Below are positions 12,120 through 21,788 of a stretch of DNA of 64,000 bases, one piece after another (positions within the stretch are counted from its first letter, which is position 1; each line of letters opens with the position of its first letter). Under the pieces are notes generated by a model that saw only the letters and a program-made list of their open reading frames with translations, had not been told where the DNA came from and ran no database searches. The position numbers and the translations under genes are program-made. This DNA is from Callorhinchus milii. Lineage: Eukaryota. The stretch spans positions 120,778,001-120,842,000 of the forward strand of contig NW_024704742.1 in NCBI RefSeq assembly GCF_018977255.1, read 5' to 3'.

Positions 12120-12650
12120 TCCTCACTTCCTCAACCTCCTTCCCCTCTTTGTCAAACTTACCAAATCAGTATCCACACAACCTTCGATCCTCAGCTGACC
12201 TTCCTTCCTCACATTCAGTCCCTGAGCATGACTGTTTTCCTTCACCTCTGCAACAATGGCCACCTCCACCCCTATCTCACACCAAATGCAGCCAAAAACC
12301 TTATTTAAGTCTGTGCTATATCCCACCTCGAGTTTCAGATGTAATCCTCACCAATCTCCCTAGTTCTACCGTCTTCGGCTCCAGCTACTCTAAAACCCCA
12401 CCGGCCAAGTCCATGCCCACACCAAATTTCATTTACTAATCACCCCAGTCCTTCATCAGAGGCCCCTGTTTCCGAATGGATCCATTTTGAAGGAGGTCAT
12501 CCTCATCTACAAATCCCTTTATGCCCTATCACTTTACTATCTCTCTGATCTTCTACCCCATTCCTCCACTTGCCCCCTCTACGTGGCTAACCTGGGCTTG
12601 CTGCGAGTGCCCTGCCATCTTTCTGACACCATTGGGGGCGGAGCTTTCAG
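12120..12650 (+). mobile_element. Old L2 fragment
   Basis: Degenerate FDPQLTFLPHIQSL and LHPYLTPNAA peptides. Confidence 0.7.
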
Positions 12651-14306
12651 AGTCAATGATTTTTAATGTATTCCGTGATTTTTAATTGAAACATCGGAAT
12701 TTCAAATATTCAACCTGAGACTAGTTAGAAATCTCTGGCTATATTATTTATTGTCATATCATTGACAAATTACTTTGGCGATTAGCTCTCTTTCACTTTT
12801 GGGCCCTGACTTTAAATCAAATTCAGACTGATGGGATAGAACCATAGAAATGTATGATACAGAAGAAGGGCATTCAGCCCATCATGTTTTTACGCCACGT
12901 TTCACCCATAAATACAGTCACTCCAGAATATCCTATGAAGCCTTTGAGACATTTTGATGATGCAATGAGGCACTGTAACAAATGCAAGGATCATTATTAT
13001 TGTTACAATAAAATTCTATGAAATGCACTGAGTCTTGTTGATGTGAAAGGCACTGTACCAAATGCAAGAATTATTTGTGAACCTGACATTCTATTTACAT
13101 GAGGAATGTTCTTTTCTTTCACTACAGATTTGACTTCATTGTTCTGAAATATAAATCCAATGTACAAATACGTACAAATTATGCAGTACTTGAACCATTT
13201 CTTTCCAATGTGAACTCGGGTTCCTTATTCCCATGTGCTTGCTTTAACATTGCAAAAATAATTCACACCTTATTTCATTCTGTTAACTATAGTATTGCTC
13301 TACATACTCCATCACAAAAGCCAGTCAGGGTATGTAATTATTGAAGCTAACACATTAATGGTAATTACACACTGCCCTCAAGTCACTCTGGTAAAATACC
13401 AAGAAGTGACAGTCGCTGGTACAATGGTGGTGTGAGTGTGGCGGGGGGTGGGGGCGGGGGGGGTGGAAGTGATGTGATAATTATTATTAGGACAGAAATT
13501 GCATTTAAAACATATCCTTCACAACAGATCTGCCACAAATAAATTTTTTCACCCCCAGGTATTTTCAGAATCAAACTCTTTTCATTTTAGAAGTTTTGTG
13601 AAAGTAGCAGGGTGTTGTGTTAAAATTTTAATTTTAGTTTTTAATCATACAGATACAACATCGCCTCACTGCACCGAAATTCCCTGTGAAGCATTTTTGG
13701 ATGAATTGATATTATAAGCGTTACTATGTCAGATGTGAGAATTATCATTCATTGTAAGACAGTGCTGAATCACTGCACCCATGGCTGCCAATAATTTTGA
13801 ATCAACCTCAGATCAACATCATGTTCTTTAGTAAAGAGGATTGGACTCTGAAATTATTCTGAGCCGTGGGCACAGCAAGTTCAATCTGTTTCACCAGATG
13901 CTGTTTTAGTTTCCATTTTCATTTTCCACAGCAATCATCTCGTGGCCTCTCCTTATGACATTCTCCGTTTAAGGTCAGTTGCTTCTGAATTAAAAGGCTT
14001 TTTGTGCTTTAGGAAGCCTACAAAACGGATTCAGGACTGACTAGGTAAATTTTCCATCGTCAACCAAGAGAGAAAATCTCCATCTTGGGAAGGCAGGTGA
14101 ACAAACCTGTCAAAAAAGCTGATGGAATCTTCGGTTTTATAAATAGGGGTGTAGAATAAAAGCAAATAGATAATGCTAAATTTAGTTAGAACACAGTTAG
14201 AATAAACAAAACACAAAATACTACATATGCTGGAAATCTGAAACAAAAACAGAAGTCACTGGGAACACTCAGCAGGTCAGGAAACATCTATGGAGAAAGG
14301 AAAGTG

Positions 14307-14343
14307 AGTCAACGTTTTGGGTCCACCACCCTTCGTCAGAACT
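14307..14343 (-). ncRNA. Degenerate hammerhead core in the inverted pLTR
   Basis: AGTT-CTGACGA-A-GGGT-GGTGG-ACCC-AAAAC-GTT-GACT; GAAA box mutated to AAAA. Confidence 0.5.
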
Positions 14344-14401
14344 GGGGCACGTTGGGAGGGAAATTTGGAACAAAACAGGCAGATCAGAGAGTGCTTCTGG
14401 A

Positions 14402-14575
14402 AACCCTGAGCTTCCAGTTTCTTGCCACTTCAATTCTCCCTCTCATTTGCACTCTGACCTCTCCATCCATGGTCTCCTACTCTGTTCCAATGAACCACAG
14501 CGCAAGCTCAAGGAACAGCACCTCATCTATCTGCCCTCTGGCCTCAATATTGATTTCAATAGTTTCAGACCATAA
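14402..14575 (+). pseudogene. Penelope GIY-YIG endonuclease C-terminal remnant
   Basis: My translation (no start codon, so absent from the ORF track): NPELPVSCHFNSPSHLHSDLSIHGLLLCSNEPQRKLKEQHLIYLPSGLNIDFNSFRP*. It carries the HFN...R..KEQ..I...P.GLN signature of Penelope-like elements. Confidence 0.85.
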
Positions 14576-14808
14576 CAGCTCACCTTTCCCCTCTTCTGTG
14601 ACCATTACCACATCATCTGGGTCCCAGACACAACTTTTCTCTCTCTGGTCTGCCTATTTTGTTGCAATTTCCCCCTTTTGTTTTGCATCATTAACACATC
14701 TTTAACCCATCATCCCCCATCCTCTACCCCATTTTCTCCTTTGTCTTCCTTACCCTGCCTCCCCCCTCTCTGTTAGTCCTTAAAAGCCTCTCTCTCCCAA
14801 CATGCCCC

Positions 14809-14844
14809 AGTTCTGATGAAGCATTGTGGACCGAAACCTTGACT
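14809..14844 (+). ncRNA. Degenerate hammerhead core in the 3' pLTR
   Basis: AGTT-CTGATGA-AGCATTGTGGACC-GAAAC-CTT-GACT; boxes intact, helix II and palindrome mutated. Confidence 0.5.
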
Positions 14845-16458
14845 CACTTTCCTTTCTCCATAGATGCTGCCTGACCTCATGAGTGTTCCCAGCGACTTCT
14901 GTTTTTGTCACAGTTAGAATATTGTGTCCAGTATTGATCATCCTACTTTAGGAAAGATGTCAAGATGATACAGAGAGTGCAGAAGAGATTTACTAGGATA
15001 ACCAGAACAACAACATGCATTTATATAGCACCCTTCATGCAGAGTAGCATCTTGAAGTGTTTAATAATAACTAATAATCCTTGCATTTGGTACAGTGCCT
15101 TTCATATCAGGAGGATGTCTCAAAGCGCTTCATAGGATTTTACTGTGAAGTAGTATGACTGAGTATTTGTGGGCAAATGCGGCAGCCAATTTGCGCATAG
15201 CAACATAATAATAACAATGATAATCCTTGCATTTGATGTAGCACCTTATCACATCTTTGAGAAGTCTCAAAGCCCTTCACAGAATTTACTGTAAAGTGAA
15301 TTGACTGTATATTTTGTGGACTGTGTAAAGGAATACTTCCTGATGTCTGTCTTAAATGTGTCCTCCACAACCCTAAAACATGTGGCTTCTTGTCCTACTG
15401 CCCTGCTGAATCTGAATGTATTATTATTTTCTCAATCCCATTTAGCTACTTACAGTGGAAACTCATATAAGGCAGATTTGCGTATAAGGCGGGTGCCCTG
15501 TGGACCCAAGGTCCCATGAATTACGAAATAGTGACTTCTGGGTTGATATCACTTCCTGCATGCTGCACATGAGTGATATGTGGAGGAAATGCTTTCACAT
15601 AGCAGGTATGCGCAGTGCAAAGAAAGTGACATCCACAATGTTCCAAAAGTCGGCTTTTTTTTTAGCATAGGAAGCCAGCACACATGCACAATTGCAGAAC
15701 GTGACACTATCTCTCCCCTTAAGATCTGGATCGTGTAGGGATAGATTTCACGATCCAAACCGCACCATAATTTATTCATGGAAGCGGGGGGGGAGGGTGG
15801 GTGGTTGGCAGTTGAGTTGTGGAAACTCAGGAATGCTTAGACTTCAGCCCTCTGTTGGCTGGAATCGGTTTTGCAGGGGTCACTGGTTTTGAGGAGTTTG
15901 ATCCACGTCCAAATACGGTTTTACCTTGAGCCTTGGTCACGAAGCTCAAACTGGGTTTGCCTGGCTGGAGCAGTGATCCACCAATTCACTTGCTTATGAA
16001 GTCATGATGTAAGGAATTGAGTCCTTGCTATCTTTATACAGTTAGAGGGCCAGATGTGGTTTGGGGGATTTGAGTGAAACAGTATTTGAATTTGCTTTAC
16101 TTCAGTTTAGGGGGAGTGAGAGGTGAAAACCCCACTCACCCAGAAAATGTTGGCTTCATACCCAGTTATTAAATAACCCTCCCGCCACACTTTCAGAGCT
16201 CCCCTCAAGACTTACCTCTCCAAGCATGCTTTCGTTCATCTTTCCCCCAACTCACCTTCTTCAACTTCTTGCCACCCCTTCGCAGTTTAGGTGCCGAAGT
16301 ACCTGTGTAAAGTGCTCTGGGACGCCCTCCTGATGTGAATATAAATATACAGATAAATGTAAATGGTATTGTATATATCTTTATAAGATCCCCTCTGAGA
16401 CATCTGTGGTCAAGGCTGAAGAGGTTTGCAGAATAACATGTGGCCTTTCCTAACCTGT

Positions 16459-16784
16459 GGAGTCCTGTAGCTCAGTGGTTAGAGCACTCGCTTTGCAAGT
16501 GAGAGACCTGAGTTCAATTCCAGGCAGAGGGCGAAACCTTGGGCAAGTTCCTTACTCCGCACGCCTAATAATAATCCCTCCAAAACCCAAAACAATAATA
16601 AATTGGTCATTTTCAATCTACGACTGTTTGTGGGACATTGCTGTGCGCAATTGGCTGCCGCATTCGCCCACAAATATGCAGTCAATTCACTTTACAGTGT
16701 GTTCTGTGAAGCGCTTTGGGACGTCCTCCCGACGTGAAAAGCGCTATATCAAATGCAAGGATTATTATTATTATTATTATTATT
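16459..16784 (+). mobile_element. tRNA-derived SINE, short subfamily, full length
   Basis: Nearly identical to 9139-9464. Confidence 0.92.
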
Positions 16785-17832
16785 GGTGTGCTGCTTATGA
16801 GGCTCTGCTGCTGCTATATTTGCACCAATCTAAAATGTTGCTAACAAGGTTAGTTGTCACACCATCCACTGTTTTCTGCTTCTGTTAAATGTAATAATCA
16901 TTCTCAGTGTCTTCATGACAAGTCAATTCTGAAGAAGTAAGATTTTTTGCTATTTTTAGTGATCAGTGTCTTGTTGGAGAGAGGCAGAATAGAATACTGT
17001 AAATCTGGAGATGGATGAGCAGTTTAGAGTCTTTGATTGATTAACAATGGGACTCCGGGGGTATCGACAGAGGTTGGATCAGGTGGTGAAGTCCACGATA
17101 AGGTATGCTCACAATCAAGATCTCTGGGACGCTACCCTGCATGAGGGGCATTATATAAATTCAAGTTGTTGTTATTGTATGTCTTGTGCAGTTTGTGGAA
17201 GAAGTAGGCTTTATAGACTGCATGGCCTCCTCTCACATTGTATTGTTAGGAAATTACTCTTGTTATGTATCTCTACTTTATGTTCTATTTCAATTTTTGG
17301 AGGGGTTAAAATTCCTGAGGTAAACACTGAACACTGTACTGAATACCAAATGATATCCTCTGGCATTCAGTAAAAGGGTTGGTTTCAAATTAGTTGATTT
17401 AAAAAAATTATATTGTGTATTCACAGCTTCAAGTCCCTGAACTTAAAAACTGGATTAATTGGAGCAGTGAAGCCAGACTGTTTTGTATGTTTATAAAAAC
17501 AGCACTGTAAGGGAAAGGACCATCCATGGTGAAATGCTAGCCTTCTTATGTAACCTGCACTATTTGCATTGCATAGATTTCAATTGTTGCAGAGTAAGTC
17601 TAAAAGTGCCTCTCTGTACAGTCCAGGAGTCAAGTTCAGTGTTGAACTTGAGGTGAAGTGGATGTGGTACTAATTACAGGCTTAATTAACCAGCACTTGG
17701 TGAAACAGAATTGCTTGAGCATGTCTGTGACGAGCCCACTGATACAACAACAACAACAAGATTCCATTTATAAAGCGCAACCATACTAAGTTTTCCAATG
17801 TTTCTGTATTCACAGAATCTTGAGACATCTGT

Positions 17833-18215
17833 CAACAGCAACAACAAGATTACATTTGTATAGCACCTTTCACGTCGGAAGGACGTCCCAAGGTGCTGGA
17901 CAGTGTACAGCATTTCAGACCCGAGCTGGGGTCAGTGAGGGAGAAGGGAGGGGAGGGGAAGGGGGTGACTGATGGTATGTCGAAGAGGAGGGTTTTGAGG
18001 TGGGACTTGAAGGAGGCTAAGGAGGGGGCGAGATGGAGTGATTGGGGGATGGTATTCCAGAGGTTGGGGGCAGAGTGGCTGAAGGCTCTCCCGCCAATGG
18101 TGGGGCGGGTGGGTCGGGGGACATGGAGCAGGCCGGAGCCGGCTGAGGGGAGGGAGAGGGTGGGTTGGTAGGGGGATAGGAGGTCACAGAGGTAGGGTGG
18201 GGTGAGGCTTTGAGA
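17833..18215 (-). mobile_element. L2 3' fragment
   Basis: Similar to the 3' end of the 21789-24085 element, including the hairpin and (CAA)n on the plus strand. Confidence 0.88.
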
Positions 18216-18269
18216 TGTCTAGAAGACATGAAAAGCGCTATCTCAAATGCAAGGATTATTATTATTAAG

Positions 18270-18470
18270 TTTCCTCTTAACCTTCTCTGCTCCAAGGAGA
18301 ATAATCTGAGCTTCTCTAGCCTCTCCTACTAACTGAAGCCCCTCATTCCTGATAACATCTTGGTAAATCTCCTATGCACCCTCTCCAATGCCTTGACATC
18401 CTTCCTAAAGTGTGATGCCCAGAACTGAACACAGTATTCTAGCTGAGGCCTAACCAGTGTTTTATAAATA
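18270..18470 (-). mobile_element. CR1-clade LINE fragment
   Basis: Minus strand encodes LVRPQLEYCVQFWASHFRKDVKALERVHRRFTKM, a typical CR1 ORF2 C-terminus. Confidence 0.8.
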
Positions 18471-18856
18471 TAAAGTATATTTATCATTCACTAATGATCC
18501 TTCACTATATAATAATAACTTTACATTTGATATAGGGCCTTATCTCATCGATGAGATAATAATAACTCTTGCATTTTGACATAGCGCTTTTCATGTCTTC
18601 AAGATGTCTCAAAGCGCTTCACAGAATATACTATAAAGTGAATTGACTGCATATTTGTGGGCAAAACGCAGCAGCCAATTGCGCACAGCAGTGTCCCACA
18701 AACAGTCGTGGATTGAGTAACAACATTATTATTGTTTTCTTTTCTTCAGGGAATTTTATCAGGAAACTTGCCCAATTTTTACTGCCGACATTTTTATTTT
18801 TTTTTAAATTTATTTTTATTTGTCAAATATTTGAGATATTTGAGATATCTCAAAGC

Positions 18857-18970
18857 CAAGGGTGGATCTAGGGAATGGGGAGGGGAAGGGGGGGAAGGTC
18901 AAGCTTAGGATTTGTCCGACTTAAGCCTCTCTGACCACCGACCCTCCACCGCCCACTAACTCCACCACTG
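18857..18970. mobile_element. 114-bp hAT-type MITE with 8-bp TSD
   Basis: TSD CTCAAAGC at 18849-18856 and 18971-18978; imperfect TIRs CAAGGGTGGATCTAG / CAGTGGTGGAGTTAG (11/15). Confidence 0.7.
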
Positions 18971-18979
18971 CTCAAAGCA

Positions 18980-19338
18980 CTTGATTTACTGTAATCCTAT
19001 TTGAATGCAGCAATGTCTCACAAACAGCCATGATGTGAATGACTAATTTTTATTTGCGGCATTGTTGACCAGGGCACTGGAAGAAAATCCCTTCTCTTTT
19101 CGAATAGTACCATGGAATCTTTAATATCCACCTGAACAGGCAACAACAACAAGATTGCATTTATAGAGCGTCTTTCACATCGGGAGGACGTCCCAAGGAG
19201 CTGGACCTCGATTTAATATCACATCCGAAGGACCCAACTCTGACAACACAGTAGTCAGTCTCCCAGCCTAAACTATGTGAGTTCAAAATCCTGATAAGGG
19301 GCTTGAACCTCTGGACTCAGAGGAAAGAATGCTATCAA
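18980..19338 (-). mobile_element. DeuSINE interrupted by a short L2 tail (19141-19205)
   Basis: The Deu domain is split between cctgaacaggca and gacctcgatttaatatcacatccgaagg. Confidence 0.75.
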
Positions 19339-19432
19339 ATTATTCTGTATATATACTGAGATTTTACAAGTTAGTTTTTATCATCCTGGGCAATTTGTGA
19401 GCCTGATAATGGAATACAACACTGACTGCTTT

Positions 19433-20042
19433 TCTGCCAATTCCTCTCCCCAAAAGCCGCTGAAACCCTGGTCCATGCCTTTGTCACCTCTCGGTTGGAC
19501 TACTCTTACGCCCTCCTCGCCAGTCTCCCATCCACTACTATCCATAAAATCCAAATCATTCAAAACTCTGCCGCCCACATTCTCACCCGCACGAAACTCC
19601 GCTCCCCGATCACCCCAGTCCTTGCTAGACTGCACTGGCTGCCTGTCCCAGAGAGGATCGACTTCAAGATCCTCACCCTTGTATTCAAATCCCTGCACTC
19701 CTCTGCACCCCCCTACCTCTCTGTCCTCCTCTCTCCTCAAAACAGTACCCGTTGCCTTCGTTCCTCTGGGTCTGGCCTCCTTGTCGTACCCCGAGTCCTC
19801 CGCTCCACTCTCAGGGGCCGTGCCTTCAGCCACTATGCCCCGAGGCTCTGGAACTGCCTTCGTCACTCCCTTCATCTTGTTCCCTCCTTCCCATTTTCAG
19901 GCCTCTGCTGAAGACCTTTCTTTTCGACCGCGCCTTTGGTCACCTTCCTCCCCCTCCCCCTGACTCAGCCCCGGGATCCTAAACTGTGTGACGCCATCTG
20001 GCGTGGAGGGCGCTATATAAATCCAAGTAGTTGTTGTTGTTG
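19433..20042 (+). mobile_element. L2 3' fragment (second tail type)
   Basis: ORF 19495..19911 contains [18 protein letters not shown]; ends GGAGGGCGCTATATAAATCCAAG with a (TTG)n tail. Confidence 0.92.
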
Positions 20043-21581
20043 TGGTTCTGTGAGTCCCTTATGAATAGAGCTTATGAGAAGCACATAAAGGATATCATTC
20101 ACCTGTACATTATCTTCTTTCCTAAAATTCATTACCAGGAAAAAATTCCATTAAGCGTTGCCTGTATTGCCTTTGACAATACCAGCCAGTGATGAGATTT
20201 CCCATTAAAGTCACACAGCTATAATATCAGATTTTTTGATAGCTAATTTTAACAGCAGCCAATTCGGGGTTTTGAATTGTATTTCAAGTTATCACTACAT
20301 TGCTGCGTGCCTTCTCCTTCCCCCCTCCCTCCAGAGGAGATTGTGTATTCAAGAACGAACAAACAGAAACACCGCTCTTATGAATTTGCAACAGTTGAAA
20401 CTGGAGACTCTTAATGAGAGCAGAAAGCTTCCGCAAGTTTCAGACTCCCAGATGACCAAAACTATCGTTAATTTTATTTATTTTATTACCCAACTACTTG
20501 GCTGAAGATAATTCCTTATGCGAGAAATGTTTTGCATACAGAACAATGCATTTGCTGTCTGCAAAGCAATTTTAGACAGTCTGTGGTTAACAAATGAATA
20601 CACTGAGATTCCTATTAACGTTTGTTTTGAAGCAAGGATGCCTCAGTCCTTATATTGCGTTATCATTGGTGATCCAGAATTTGGCACAAGGGACATCGAC
20701 TCATTTAAATATTTATTTCCTGTGAGATCCATGGAGTGCATACTAAATCCATTATTTTGATAAATGTCACCTATTTTAAATTAGCATTTTCTCCTCATAT
20801 GTGTCTGAAGTTGTTTTCTCCAAAGTAATGTGACTAAAATCTGAGGAGTGGGGTGCTGTGTTGCTTATACTAATCCTTGCATTTGATATCGCACCTTATG
20901 ATGTCTTAAAGTGCTTCACAGGATGTACTGTAAAGTGTAGAAATTGTGTATTTTGCAGGCAAACGCAGCAGACAATTTGTGCACAGCAAAATCCCACAAA
21001 CAGCCATGAAGTGAATAACCAATTTTATCTGGCGGATTGTTGGACAGGGCATGGGGAAAAACTGCATTCACTCTTCAAATAATGCCTTTTAAATAAACAC
21101 TTCTTTTGGTACAGTGGAATGGCCTGAAATAAAATCCATAATAATATCCCGGTCATCGAAATTCAAGCAATCTTCAGCTGACTTGTTGGAGTGACAAACT
21201 GCCTTTTTTTGTTTGCTCTATTTACTGAAATTACACTGTTAATATTGTTGAGATAAAAAGAAAAAATGTCGACAGTGAAATTCTAAAAGAAAAGCAGCAT
21301 GTGCTGGGAATGCATTACAGATGAATGAGCATTTGAACCAGAAAGATTATTTGCAGCAATTTCTGTCTGCGTGTCTGCAACATTCACTTGTTTCTTTCAT
21401 CAATACGAGCTGGGTTAGATCAGGAAATAAAGAGAAATAAGGAGAATCTAACACCTTAACAAAATTCACTATCTTTGTCATGAGAAATGAAGAACTTGAA
21501 CTTTTACCGCACCTTCTCATCTAAACATGCTCTACTTATATTTACTGCCAAGTACTGTATAGTAATAATAATAATCCTTGC

Positions 21582-21715
21582 AACAAAAACAGAGGTCGCT
21601 GGGAACATTCAGCAGGTCAGGCAGCATCTATGCAAAAATGAAAGGACGAAAGTAATGTCGAAGAGAAGAGCAAAACTTCTTCAAGGTAGGCATTCCTAGA
21701 AGAGAAGTGGCAACG
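21582..21715 (-). mobile_element. Penelope pLTR fragment
   Basis: acaaaaacagaggtcgctgggaacattcagcaggtcaggcagcatctatg matches the other pLTR copies; the right half is less certain. Confidence 0.65.
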
Positions 21716-21788
21716 AAGTAAATATAAAAATGTAATCTTATTTGTGGACTTTGTTTATAATAATCCTTGCATTTGATATAGTGCCTAT

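Larger units (their letters stand above)
14205..14908 (+). mobile_element. Penelope-like retroelement, 5'-truncated, with inverted 5' pLTR and 13-bp TSD
   Basis: About 14244-14348 is the inverted counterpart of 14803-14908; there is an internal GIY-YIG C-terminal coding remnant; TSD CACAGTTAGAATA at 14192-14204 and 14909-14921, within a CR1 fragment. Confidence 0.88.

Noticed and set aside
16457..16888. Recurrent ORFs ending [14 protein letters not shown] as a gene family
   Set aside because: They are translations of the SINE tail and (ATT)n repeat.
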